Virus record (IMG/VR): IMGVR_UViG_3300046499_000850
Source: a virus
Taxonomy: Duplodnaviria; Heunggongvirae; Uroviricota; Caudoviricetes
Length of the DNA: 64,000 bases
Direction: 5' to 3' (one strand)
Every line of letters begins with the position of its first letter. Position 1 is the first letter of the stretch. The notes under the pieces are model-generated. The model saw only the letters and a list, made by a program, of their open reading frames with translations. It did not search any database and was not told the origin of the DNA. Of this stretch, positions 6,537-16,926 are shown in pieces. A program made the position numbers and the translations under genes.

Positions 6537-8624
6537 TTAAGCGGTGGCCTGGAGGTCCGCTGCGCGGTACGATTCCACCGTCAGCGACTGGACCGTGGTC
6601 ATGTTCGCGGCGCCCAGCTTGATCACGGTAGTCCAGCTGTAACCACGCAGATTGTCGTCTGCCGTGAACTGGGTTTCCGGGATGATGATGAAGCGGTTGT
6701 CGAACTTGCCCTCGACCGCTTTCAAGATCGCCTCGTTGACGCGATCCACGATCTGGTCTTTGGTCAGGTCGCTACGGCCGGTCAGGTCACGGTGGACTTT
6801 CTCGCCGATACGCACGAGCTGGGCGCACGCGAAGGCGGTGATCGCACTGTTCAGCACCGAGGTGTCGTCTGGGTAGACGGTCTGGTGTTGCGGGAAGTAC
6901 GCCATGTCCATCGAGTACGGCTCCGGCCACACCATGCCAGCGTCCCAGTCCTTGTAACGGGCGGTCGCCGGGCGGAACGGGACGTTGAGATCCCGCAGCA
7001 TGGTGACGCAGTTGTTCGGATTGACGTCCGGCTTGTAGTTCGGTACCCACTTGCCATTCGAGGCGCCCATGTACAGCGACCACTTTTCAGCACGGTCGAT
7101 CGAGATCGGCAGAGCTTTGGTGTAGTTGCTGTTGAGCAGGTAGCCCGAGCCGGCGATGATGGAGGCCCGCACAGTCGGAGTAGCGTAGTACTCCGATTCC
7201 GGGTAGTTCTGCAGCGAGGCCAGCAGCGAGATCGCTACCGAGCGCTCTTGCTCATCGGTCAGGTCGGCACCGCCGACGACGTGGGTCGACGCCATCACGA
7301 AGGTATCCTTGCGGTTCGAGATGAAGTTGCCCAGGACTTGCTTGACCTTCAGAGGCAGACCCGAATCCCAGAACATGTTTTCCGGGTTGTTGACCGAATC
7401 TTGACGCTGGCTGTTCTTGTCACCGTATTCCAGCAGCTTGGCCAGCACCAGGTCCGCGAACACGTCGTCGGTCATGGTGCCGTCGCTGCCGCCTTGGGCG
7501 AACATCACGCCGGTCTCGCTCAGACGCACGCTGTTCGGGGCGCCGGTCACGAGCTGGAAGGTGTGGTACGGAGCGCCGTAGGACGACACCGCGGTGAACG
7601 GGTTGATGCGGTACATCTCGTCGTCGGAACCGTCGATGTCGCTGAACATGTCAGCTTCCGGCAGTTCGGCTGCGTAGATCTTCGACAGCACCGTGGTGAC
7701 GTTGTTGTCGTACAGCTTGAAGCGGTCGAAGTCGGCGATCGTCGGCGAGAAGCCCGGGGTCGCGGTATCTTGGTACGCCTTGACGAAGACGTCGCCCAGG
7801 TACAGCTGTTGCGAGGTGTTGCGATCGCGCAGGCCAGGCTTCAGCGAGAAGGTGATTGCCGGCGTGCCCGACAGGGTAGTCACCGTGCTCGGGGTGGTCA
7901 GGCGATCCGGACGCGACTTGACAGCCAGCTGGAATGGATAGGCTTTCTGATCGGTGATCAGACGGGTGTCGACGGGGGTGTTCGTCATCTGGGTCAGAGC
8001 CCACAGAGCGATACCTTTATCGTTACCCCATTCGCCTTCGGAGCTGACCATGAAGTCCATGACCGGGTAGCGATCCGATTGGGTCGCGGAGCCGGAGTCG
8101 ACTTGGTCGCCCGGACCGATGGTGCCGATACCGAAGGCGCGGGCGCCGTCGGCAGTCGGGATCGGTTCGACCACCCACTTGCCCAGATAACCAGCCACTT
8201 TGCCAGCGGTCGGCACTTTCTGGCCGCCGGCGTCGATCTTGTACGAGCCATCGGCATTACGCTCGAAATCTTGAACTTGGGTTTCCAGCAGGTCGAGCGA
8301 CAGACGGAAAGCCGCCGGCGGTGCGATGTCTTGCGGGACGACGCGTTCGACCATGGCGGCGTTGCCGGCCTTCGAGAACACGTTGGCGTATGCGGTCGCG
8401 TGGTTGAAATACTTGCCCAGTTCGTCGAAAGTCTCGGGGCCGAAGATGGCGTCGCGGCTGGCACCGACTACGAGATAGCTGCGGCCAGGTTTGCCCTTAC
8501 GTGCGGGGATAAACACTTTGGGCAGGTGGGACGGTTGATCGAGCGGTTGGGGTGCCAACAGCCGACCAGACACATCGTGGATGCCGCGGTTATACGACAT
8601 CGGTGTTGCGTTGATGATGTTCAT
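6537..8624 (-). CDS. Contractile tail sheath protein (phiKZ gp29-like)
   Basis: 695 aa. N-terminal INATP...GIHDVS...HLPK...ARKG...IFGPETFD, GGSDGT, and C-terminal TVYPDDTSVLNS. Gene order matches tube and terminase. Confidence 0.88.
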   Translation of the reverse strand: MNIINATPMSYNRGIHDVSGRLLAPQPLDQPSHLPKVFIPARKGKPGRSYLVVGASRDAIFGPETFDELGKYFNHATAYANVFSKAGNAAMVERVVPQDIAPPAAFRLSLDLLETQVQDFERNADGSYKIDAGGQKVPTAGKVAGYLGKWVVEPIPTADGARAFGIGTIGPGDQVDSGSATQSDRYPVMDFMVSSEGEWGNDKGIALWALTQMTNTPVDTRLITDQKAYPFQLAVKSRPDRLTTPSTVTTLSGTPAITFSLKPGLRDRNTSQQLYLGDVFVKAYQDTATPGFSPTIADFDRFKLYDNNVTTVLSKIYAAELPEADMFSDIDGSDDEMYRINPFTAVSSYGAPYHTFQLVTGAPNSVRLSETGVMFAQGGSDGTMTDDVFADLVLAKLLEYGDKNSQRQDSVNNPENMFWDSGLPLKVKQVLGNFISNRKDTFVMASTHVVGGADLTDEQERSVAISLLASLQNYPESEYYATPTVRASIIAGSGYLLNSNYTKALPISIDRAEKWSLYMGASNGKWVPNYKPDVNPNNCVTMLRDLNVPFRPATARYKDWDAGMVWPEPYSMDMAYFPQHQTVYPDDTSVLNSAITAFACAQLVRIGEKVHRDLTGRSDLTKDQIVDRVNEAILKAVEGKFDNRFIIIPETQFTADDNLRGYSWTTVIKLGAANMTTVQSLTVESYRAADLQATA

Positions 8625-8858
8625 TATGTCAAGGTCCTGTCGCTAATAATGAATGGTATGGTTTCGGTATTGTTTCGAAGTCGATGCCCAGCATCATAGT
8701 AATCGTAAAAAAATACTGGCAGGATCGGCGAAAACTCCTACCCGTAATGTTAAAACAACCTGAGCGGACTCGACATTGGTTTAACATAGAATGTCGGGCG
8801 TATAGGGAAGAGTAATATTTTTTATCTTTCTGTTCGCAGAAATTAAGGATGAGTCAAA

Positions 8859-9830
8859 ATGACAATTCACCATACCGCCTACGAGACGACGGCTTGTGCG
8901 GGGTTCCGCATGGCGTCTATTGTGGATGCGATCCTCGAAGCCCAAGTGCGTGACCATTTGACGACCGCAGACAGCGTGGCGTATGTGGATGCGTCCACCG
9001 GTGCCTCGGGTCAGATCAAAGCCTTCAAACACGCCGTGTATATCCACAAGGCGACCAACCCGCGTGACTGGGGCGGCGCCCGGGCCGATAACCAAGATCC
9101 CATCCTCGCCATGGACGTGCGTGCCTGCGGCCGCTTCGACGCCAAGACGGGGCGTTTCAAGATCACCAACTCGACCATGTACAAGAACCTGGTCTATCGG
9201 GCGGCCCTGTCGTCGGTGTGGTTGACCAACGGAGCGAGTGCCTTCCGTAACATCACCCCGATGGCAACCAGCGTGTTTGCCTCGTGGTTGGCCGAAGCCA
9301 TCGGTTTCCGATACAACCTCGATCCGAAGTCGAAGATCGACCTGATGATTGTGGCCGGGATCTTCTACCAATCCAATCACGTTGAAGGCATCGAGTTCGA
9401 CAAGGGCAACGAACAGCGTTATCTGTCGGCGATCGCCAACAGCATCCGGGTGCCGGTCAGTGACGTGGCGCGGGTGTACCAACAAACCCAAGCCATCAAC
9501 TCGATCGAAGAGTTCTGCTCGAAAGCCAAGACCGTGCTCGGCAACGTGCGTCTGGAAAACCTGAACGCCGGTGTGTTGATCGCCCTGATGGGGTCGACCT
9601 GGGCCGGTGACAATGCCCCCGAGCTGACCGCCGTCGCACTCGAACACCCGCCGACCTGGATTTCGCTGGTCTACGAAGCTGCCACCAACATGGCGCTGAA
9701 GAAAGTCGGCCTGTCCAAGATCGTCGAACGCCGACAGTACGTTGAAGGCATCGATCGTCTGGCGCAGATGCTCAGGACCTTGGCCCCGGACTCGACCGCT
9801 CTGATCGAGAACATTCCGCAGCTGTACTGA
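8859..9830 (+). CDS. Virion structural protein (phiKZ gp28-like)
   Basis: 323 aa, divergent from the sheath gene, ALEHPPTW motif; called from gene order. Confidence 0.65.
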   Translation: MTIHHTAYETTACAGFRMASIVDAILEAQVRDHLTTADSVAYVDASTGASGQIKAFKHAVYIHKATNPRDWGGARADNQDPILAMDVRACGRFDAKTGRFKITNSTMYKNLVYRAALSSVWLTNGASAFRNITPMATSVFASWLAEAIGFRYNLDPKSKIDLMIVAGIFYQSNHVEGIEFDKGNEQRYLSAIANSIRVPVSDVARVYQQTQAINSIEEFCSKAKTVLGNVRLENLNAGVLIALMGSTWAGDNAPELTAVALEHPPTWISLVYEAATNMALKKVGLSKIVERRQYVEGIDRLAQMLRTLAPDSTALIENIPQLY

Positions 9831-9910
9831 CCGTCACGCTAACTGCCATCTGGATCGAGCAATCGGTCTGGGTGGCGGTGTCTTTTATTTCTTTTCTTTT
9901 AAGGACAACC

Positions 9911-12478
9911 ATGGCTGACTATCTTGTCAAACAAGCCATTCAGAATGTCTGGTGCACCCCGGAGCAAGATCAGCAGTCCATTATCAAGTTGGGCAAGATC
10001 ACGCGGTACGGTGGCGTCTACTCCAAAGTGGATGTCATGTGGCGGCAGTATGCATTGCCAGTGGCAGGCGTGTTGTTCCACTGCTACCAGATCGGCAACC
10101 TCTCGCCCCACCACCTCGGTCTCACGACGCCAGCGGCGCACGGTGTGTGGATACGGATGGATGCGGCGTGTGAGAAAGAAGAAACGATCATCGACCTGTA
10201 CACGGTCAGTGGCCGTCAATCGCCCCGCATTCTGGCTTGGTACACAGTGACACAAGACAACGACTTGGTCGTGGCGGTGCAAAAGCACAACCGAGTGGCT
10301 GTCGACTACGACAACGAAGCACTCTACATGCGGGTGTACCACAACGCCTACTTCGGCTCGATCCGGCGTGATGTGACCCGTGACTACATCGAGGTACGTG
10401 GGGCATTGCCCCGTAACACCGATGACATTCTGGCGATCCAAGCTGGCTACAACTCGGCACGCGAAAAGGGTTACACCTACGCTTTTGTCAACGGTTATCT
10501 GGTCGACCGCATCGATCTGCTGACGGTGGTGTCGGGTGACGTCGTGGAGTATGTGTACGACGGCTCGATTTACGCAGTGGAAGATCTGGTGATCGGGAAT
10601 CTGCCGGTGTTCGATAGCACCCTGGACGCCAAGCGAAAATACTTGGTGCACGCCACCCAAGCGCTCAAGACCAACATCACTTACCACGATGACGTGGATG
10701 TGTTCCTGTTCAAGAAGTCCCCGCAAGGACGCTTCAATGGCTTGTACTTCCATCGCAACCAACGCGACGCGGTGCGCCAAGTCACCCATGCTGACTTCTC
10801 GATTGCGATCCCGTATCTGGATTCGTTCTTGAATACACTGGAAGATTGGACGGACTTGAATGACCTGACCATCCGTCTGCAGATGCGCAACTCGGGATAT
10901 AGTCGGCCACTGGTCAACGAAGCGAACCGCATCAAAGAACTCTACAAACTGCCGGATGTGGATTTGGTCAACGCCATGATCGGGGTCGATGCAACGGTGC
11001 CGGAATGGACTGCTGCCCATCTGGAAGCGTCCAGTTATACCGCCATCATGCGTGCCTCCACGGCCGCGATTACTCCGGCGCTTGCGCAAGACGCGTTCGG
11101 TTACAACGCCATGAGTCAGATCTTGGCACCCACGCCCCAGTTTGTGAAGAACGTCTCGGGTTTGGGCTTGGTCGACATCCCGCCGAACTTGCAATACCGC
11201 AGCACGGTGTTCGAGTTCGACTTCGACGGCTACCTGTTGGGTTGGTATAACCATGCCCTCGGGTCGCAATGGACCACCCGCAATCCTGGTACCCGTCTGG
11301 TGCAGATCTTATCGGGCTATGGAGTCAAGGGTCTGGATGAGAAGTATGGCCAGCAAGGCGCGACGATCGACGCGAATCTCGATTACCGCATGTACAATTG
11401 CACCATCGTCAACGGCACCCCCGATAACCTCTGGCGTGATGTGACCGACACCAACCTTTACGCCATCAGTGGCAACGGGTTGAGTTGGCTGACTTCGGCC
11501 AGTACCACGTACACGATGGTCCGCAGTAACTTGGACTTCCTGTGTTACGACCTCGATCTGCCGATGCAAGGTGGTCTGCTGGAATTCACCTTGACGTCCA
11601 GCCAAGACCGCGGTACGGGGCCGAAGAACACGGTCATGCAAGTACAAATGGGTGAACTCGATCTGTGGCTGAACCGGCGTGCGCTGGTGGAAGGTATCGA
11701 TTACATCGTCAACTTCCCGAAGATTGTCATCATCAACAAAAAGTACATTGACAACACCAAAACCAACCAAAAGATCACCGTACGTTTCTGTGGTCACGCC
11801 AAAGCGGACTTGAGCCGGGCGGTGTTGGGTGACCGTGGATTTGTCAGCCATGGCGTGCTGTCGAACAACGACAAGTTCGATATCCGCGATGACAAGGTGT
11901 TGCATATCGCCGTGGCCGGCGGCGTGTACGACCGCAGTGAACTGATGTTCGCTGAAGAGCATAGCGGTGTGAACGTGGAAGGGGTGCCGAATGGTTCGCC
12001 GTACGTGGTACGTGATGTCGTGGTGCCGATGCGTGGTACGACCAATGCAAAAACGTATGAGCTGCGCGACAAGGCATTGGTGACCGATCAGCATGTGTCG
12101 GATTACCTGACCATGAAACTGCCACCACCCGCTTACACGGAACCGAACGCCATCGAAGAACGTTATCCGGTTTACAGCCCGTTTGTGTCGGCACTGATTG
12201 ACGACTTGCATAGCAAGGTCTTTAGTGACCCACGGATCTTTGACCACTACAACGACGATGTGTTGCGGGACATGTGCCGCTACTACGAACCGTTGCTGGA
12301 CTTTGAACCGACGCGTGAACCTAACAAAGCAGATGAGCGCTTCGTGAGTGTGCAAGCGTATTACCGGGACACCGTAACGAACCTCGGGTTATTTGAATAC
12401 CGTTTCCTGTCGCGTGCCGTTTCACTTTACTTAAACAACGCTGTCGTCTTGTCGCAATTTGTGACCGTCACGGCGTAA
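9911..12478 (+). CDS. Virion structural protein (phiKZ gp27-like, probably baseplate)
   Basis: AAGGA SD before ATG 9911; N-terminal YLVKQAIQNVWCTPEQD; size and gene order fit. Confidence 0.7.
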   Translation: MADYLVKQAIQNVWCTPEQDQQSIIKLGKITRYGGVYSKVDVMWRQYALPVAGVLFHCYQIGNLSPHHLGLTTPAAHGVWIRMDAACEKEETIIDLYTVSGRQSPRILAWYTVTQDNDLVVAVQKHNRVAVDYDNEALYMRVYHNAYFGSIRRDVTRDYIEVRGALPRNTDDILAIQAGYNSAREKGYTYAFVNGYLVDRIDLLTVVSGDVVEYVYDGSIYAVEDLVIGNLPVFDSTLDAKRKYLVHATQALKTNITYHDDVDVFLFKKSPQGRFNGLYFHRNQRDAVRQVTHADFSIAIPYLDSFLNTLEDWTDLNDLTIRLQMRNSGYSRPLVNEANRIKELYKLPDVDLVNAMIGVDATVPEWTAAHLEASSYTAIMRASTAAITPALAQDAFGYNAMSQILAPTPQFVKNVSGLGLVDIPPNLQYRSTVFEFDFDGYLLGWYNHALGSQWTTRNPGTRLVQILSGYGVKGLDEKYGQQGATIDANLDYRMYNCTIVNGTPDNLWRDVTDTNLYAISGNGLSWLTSASTTYTMVRSNLDFLCYDLDLPMQGGLLEFTLTSSQDRGTGPKNTVMQVQMGELDLWLNRRALVEGIDYIVNFPKIVIINKKYIDNTKTNQKITVRFCGHAKADLSRAVLGDRGFVSHGVLSNNDKFDIRDDKVLHIAVAGGVYDRSELMFAEEHSGVNVEGVPNGSPYVVRDVVVPMRGTTNAKTYELRDKALVTDQHVSDYLTMKLPPPAYTEPNAIEERYPVYSPFVSALIDDLHSKVFSDPRIFDHYNDDVLRDMCRYYEPLLDFEPTREPNKADERFVSVQAYYRDTVTNLGLFEYRFLSRAVSLYLNNAVVLSQFVTVTA

Positions 12479-12488
12479 TGGAGAAAAC

Positions 12489-14177
12489 ATGGGAACATCT
12501 GTTAACATTAGCACCATCGGTATCGTCGGTACCGACGGTGCAGTGCCCGTGTACGATCCCGATGCACGCTGGACGACCTGGGCGCTGCATGAGATCTACA
12601 CCGGCCAAGAGGGCGCCAATCGCTACGTGCCGAAAGTGGATGACTGGGTGGTAGATGTGCCGGCGGCCAAGTTCTACCGAGTCACTGAAATTGATGTGAC
12701 AACCCTCATCCCGCGCATGACGCCGATCAAGCCGTTGGTACAAGACCAATCGTTCGACAACGCCGATCTGATTCTGGGTGTGGGTCCGGGCGGGATCTCG
12801 GACACGTTCCGGGCTTACCTGAACAAGAACGTGCTACCGTACACCCTGACCATCGACGCGCGTTTGCACACGTACTCGTCGGAAGCCGAGAGCTTCACGG
12901 TGTTCCGTGGCACGGATATCGAAGGCACAGCCAAACCGATCAGTCAGATGTACAACCAGTCCAACCAACTGATCGGCACTGCCGTACCGTTGACGCTGGC
13001 GGCCATCGATGGTGACAATCGCACGGTGAAATCGTTCCCGGTGTGCTACACCACCGAAGACATGCCTGACGGGGAAAAGATCGTCTTGATCACGTACTCG
13101 GACGCGGGTCATCAAGTCTCGAAGGTGGAACTGTTGGTGGAGAACACCCAGTTCGTGCCGTCGGCCGATGGTTCGGTGAAGTACATCACCAACATCAGCC
13201 TAGAGTCGCCGTTCATTTCGCCGTCCGACCCGAATGTGTTGTCGTTCCCACTGAACGTGATGCGTAACGGTCTGTCGCTGATGGGTGTGGTGCACTACAG
13301 CGACGGTAGCAAGACCCGTCTGCCGGTCAACGACACACGGTTCTCGCTGCGCGGGTTGGACAACTTCGTCTCGACCTACGCCGGTCAGAAGTTCGACCTG
13401 ATACTCGACTACAAACTGGCGCCAGAAGAAGTCACGATGGGACTGCAAACCAGTGCAGCGCGTTCAATCCCTCGCAAGTACACCGGCGTCACCACCGACT
13501 ACGAAGGCATGTACTCGCCCAAGCTGTACGGTTTCCCGGTGTGGATCAATTCGGTCACGGGGTATCGCATCGAATGGTGGTTGTACGACATGGAGCGCCG
13601 CATGGCGCAACTCGTCACACCGTACGTTAAGATCAACACCAACTCGCGTCCGTTCGATCCGGTTGGATATGGCTTCAAGCAGTCGCTTGGTGTCACGATC
13701 AACCTGAAGGATGTCAACCCGAGCGGCTTGGCGCTGAATCACGTGCAGACCATCGACTTCGTGCTGCGTCAACCGGGTACGGCCCGCAGCACCAACTGGG
13801 CCATCGGTTTCGTACCGAACCAAGAGGTGCTGTTTGGCGAAGGCAACTACGCCAAGATGATCATCCTCAACCAGAACCAGATGACGCTGGACGTGACCTG
13901 TGGTGAGACGGTGCAAGCGAACTGGCTGGAACGCCTGTACCGCTTGGTCAAGCCGTTGTCGGACATCGGCCGTGAAGTCCAAGCCCCGAACCCGACTCAC
14001 TTCTCGATCTGCACGCCGGAATGGGAAGTGGCGTACCCGATCGGCCAATGGAACCGTAAGCTGACGCTGGGTTACACCGTACCCAATAACAGCACGGTGT
14101 TCATCAAGTTCTTCATCCGCATCGCGGACACGGATATCCAACTCGCGATCGCGGGCATGCCGGTCTACGCGCAGTAA
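12489..14177 (+). CDS. Virion structural protein (phiKZ gp26-like)
   Basis: 562 aa beta-rich protein between the gp27-like gene and terminase; GGAGA SD. Confidence 0.7.
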   Translation: MGTSVNISTIGIVGTDGAVPVYDPDARWTTWALHEIYTGQEGANRYVPKVDDWVVDVPAAKFYRVTEIDVTTLIPRMTPIKPLVQDQSFDNADLILGVGPGGISDTFRAYLNKNVLPYTLTIDARLHTYSSEAESFTVFRGTDIEGTAKPISQMYNQSNQLIGTAVPLTLAAIDGDNRTVKSFPVCYTTEDMPDGEKIVLITYSDAGHQVSKVELLVENTQFVPSADGSVKYITNISLESPFISPSDPNVLSFPLNVMRNGLSLMGVVHYSDGSKTRLPVNDTRFSLRGLDNFVSTYAGQKFDLILDYKLAPEEVTMGLQTSAARSIPRKYTGVTTDYEGMYSPKLYGFPVWINSVTGYRIEWWLYDMERRMAQLVTPYVKINTNSRPFDPVGYGFKQSLGVTINLKDVNPSGLALNHVQTIDFVLRQPGTARSTNWAIGFVPNQEVLFGEGNYAKMIILNQNQMTLDVTCGETVQANWLERLYRLVKPLSDIGREVQAPNPTHFSICTPEWEVAYPIGQWNRKLTLGYTVPNNSTVFIKFFIRIADTDIQLAIAGMPVYAQ

Positions 14178-14244
14178 TCCTTACCTCCCTCTGCCTCACG
14201 GTGGAGGGAGTACTTAGGACTATGCCCTTTTTCGAAAGAACATC

Positions 14245-16446
14245 ATGATTTTGTTTTTAGAAGATTGGTTGAAGTACCCGACAGCGATTCCGCACCTGAC
14301 TACCCGCAACGAGTCATGGTACTACATGGCCAAAGTCTACAAGACCATGGGTATTCAAAACCACATGTTCTTGTTGGCGTTGATCAACCCGCTCCTCGAA
14401 TACGTGGACCCGCATTCGCCGCACCTCACGCAAGAAGAAAAGGACATGGTGGTGGCCGAGTGCAAGGTCAATCCATGGTACTACTTCCGTGAAGTGGCGC
14501 GCATTCCGGCGGGGGTGGGTTTGCCGTCCGAACGGGTAAAAGCGAACCGGGGCAATATCGCTGCCTGGTGGTGTTTCTTCAACCACGTCACGATGACGAT
14601 GATTCAACCTCGTCAGACAGGTAAATCGTACACGATCTACGAACTGGACGTGTACCTCATGACGGTGCTGTGCCAAGGCACCAACATGAACCTGTTTACC
14701 AAAGATGAAAAGCTGCGAAAAGACGCGGTCGACATCATCAAGAAAGTCTTCGATACGTTGCCGGACTATCTGGACCTGCGCAACAAACGCACGGACGCCA
14801 ACAACACGGAAGAGATCACCGTTAATCTGTTGGAAAACAAACTGCGTACCTTCGTGCCACGGGCGTCGGAGAAAGACGCAAACAACGTGGGTCGTGGTTT
14901 CGGTTCGCCAATCAATCACGTTGACGAGGGGCCGTTCTGCCCGAATGCACATATCTCGATGCCGGCCCTGTTCTCGGCAGGTAACGCCAAGCGCGATATG
15001 GCCAAACGAGCGGGTGCTCCGTACTGCAACATCGTCACGACAACCGCTGGTAAGCTGGACACACCGGAAGGCAAGTTCGTGTACGAAAACTACATTCTGG
15101 CGGCAATGCCGTGGACCGAGCATGTGTTCGATCAACAAAACGAAGAAGCCTTGCAGGAATTCGTGAAGCGCAATGCTGGGGGTAACTTCCAGATCGCGAT
15201 CATCATGAGTCACCGCCAGCTCGGTTACGATGACGAGTGGTTGTGGGAAAAGATGCGTGAAACGAAAACCTTCGGCGATGCAGCAGACCGCGACTACTTC
15301 AACGTCTGGACCTCGGGTACTGAAACCCATCCGTTGTCGCCGGCGTTGTTGAAACGAATCGTGGCTTCGCAAAACGATGTGTTCTACGACCAGTACTTCC
15401 CGCAACAGAAGTACTTCATCCGTTGGAATGTGGACCAGGCTAATCTGGAAAGCTACATGGCGCGCTCGAAGGTGATTCTCGGTTGCGACCCGTCGTCTGC
15501 TAACAACAACGACGATATCGCACTCGTGTGGCTGGATGCGGCAACGCTCGACGTGGTGGGCACGGCAGCGATCAATGAAACCAACATCCTCATGTTCGGT
15601 AACTGGTTAGCGGTGCATCTGGTTGAGAACAAGAACGTGACGTTAGTGATTGAGAGCAAATCCACGGGTGAAGCGTTGCGTGACATGATGCTCAGCATTC
15701 TGCCTTCGTTCGGGGAAGATCCGTTCAAGCGAATATTCAACACCATTGTGCAAGACAAGGACGACTTCCCGGACCGTTACGAAGTGGCGAAGTTACCGGT
15801 ATCGCGTCGTGACAACACCATGTACACACTTAACAAATCGGCGTTTGGTTTCTGCACTGCTGCGAGCGGTCGCTTTGCCCGTAGCAACTTGTATGGTAAC
15901 GTGTTACAGAACGCAGCCAAGCGCGGTGGTGACAAAGTGTACGACAAACGGTTGATCCAGCAGATTACGGGATTGGTGAAGAAAAACGACCGAGTCGACC
16001 ACCAGCACGGTAGCCATGACGACATGGTGGTGGCGTGGTTGCTTTGCCATTGGTTCTTGTCCGAAGGTAAACACATGACGATCTACGGCATCAACGATGT
16101 CATGACCCAAGTGGGGGATGAGAAAGAACTCTCCTACGACGAACAGCTCGCGTTGGAACATCAACGCAATCTGCGGGCGGATATCAATGAGCTGAGTAAG
16201 CAATTGGAGGAAGCGGTAGACCCGTACTTGGCGAATAACTTGGAGCACCGTCTCCGGTTCTTGGCCCAAGGACTCGTGTATCAACAGGGTGACCTCAGTA
16301 GCATCGACCAGATGCTCGCTGACATCAAGGAGCGCAAGAAGAAACGTAGTCAGCTGGCAGCGGTTCGTCGTGACGACGACGCCGTCAACGATCATGACTT
16401 CTATCGCAAAATGATGGGTTATAACACCAGCAACTTTTACCGTTAA
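14245..16446 (+). CDS. terL: Terminase large subunit (phiKZ gp25-like)
   Basis: Walker A QPRQTGKS, Walker B NHVDE, coupling motif TTTAG, nuclease motifs LGCDPS and HDDMVVAW. Confidence 0.92.
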   Translation: MILFLEDWLKYPTAIPHLTTRNESWYYMAKVYKTMGIQNHMFLLALINPLLEYVDPHSPHLTQEEKDMVVAECKVNPWYYFREVARIPAGVGLPSERVKANRGNIAAWWCFFNHVTMTMIQPRQTGKSYTIYELDVYLMTVLCQGTNMNLFTKDEKLRKDAVDIIKKVFDTLPDYLDLRNKRTDANNTEEITVNLLENKLRTFVPRASEKDANNVGRGFGSPINHVDEGPFCPNAHISMPALFSAGNAKRDMAKRAGAPYCNIVTTTAGKLDTPEGKFVYENYILAAMPWTEHVFDQQNEEALQEFVKRNAGGNFQIAIIMSHRQLGYDDEWLWEKMRETKTFGDAADRDYFNVWTSGTETHPLSPALLKRIVASQNDVFYDQYFPQQKYFIRWNVDQANLESYMARSKVILGCDPSSANNNDDIALVWLDAATLDVVGTAAINETNILMFGNWLAVHLVENKNVTLVIESKSTGEALRDMMLSILPSFGEDPFKRIFNTIVQDKDDFPDRYEVAKLPVSRRDNTMYTLNKSAFGFCTAASGRFARSNLYGNVLQNAAKRGGDKVYDKRLIQQITGLVKKNDRVDHQHGSHDDMVVAWLLCHWFLSEGKHMTIYGINDVMTQVGDEKELSYDEQLALEHQRNLRADINELSKQLEEAVDPYLANNLEHRLRFLAQGLVYQQGDLSSIDQMLADIKERKKKRSQLAAVRRDDDAVNDHDFYRKMMGYNTSNFYR

Positions 16447-16492
16447 CGGCATAGACTCTCGTTCCCGCTTCTGCGGGAACGAGGGTGCTATG
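16446..16492. terminator. Hairpin between convergent genes with minus-strand TATGCCGT
   Basis: ACGGCATA at 16446-16453, then ctctcgttcccgc-ttct-gcgggaacgaggg. Confidence 0.7.
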
Positions 16493-16496
16493 GGTT

Positions 16497-16898
16497 TTAG
16501 TTTTTGCGGTTTGCACACATGCGACTTTCCAACAAATCCAAATACGCCAAGACTTGATGGCGTCTGATATCGTTATCGAAACTCCAGTTGTGAACCAAGG
16601 CTGGCAATTCGATTTCGAGCTCACACGCTTTTCGCAGTGCCGCTGGAGCGTTGTTACTGACCACCGAAAAGACACTGTACGTCACCACTCTGCGGTTCGG
16701 CACATACCAGCGCGCATATTGGATCTGGTATTCTTTTCGATGACAATAGATTGCAATTTCATAACCGCGCACCGTGAAGCCGTTGAGACTTCCCAGCGCG
16801 TTTTCCGGTCGCTTGATTTCAATCACCGTCTTGGGGCCGCGTAAGCATTGAAATAACATCAAAACGCCACCAACGATAAATTTCATGGCTTTCAACAT
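16497..16898 (-). CDS. Hypothetical protein
   Basis: 133 aa ORF following the 16927-18195 gene on the same strand and ending at a hairpin. Confidence 0.55.
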   Translation of the reverse strand: MLKAMKFIVGGVLMLFQCLRGPKTVIEIKRPENALGSLNGFTVRGYEIAIYCHRKEYQIQYARWYVPNRRVVTYSVFSVVSNNAPAALRKACELEIELPALVHNWSFDNDIRRHQVLAYLDLLESRMCANRKN

Positions 16899-16926
16899 AA
16901 CGCATCCCTAGGGATAGGCAACTTCG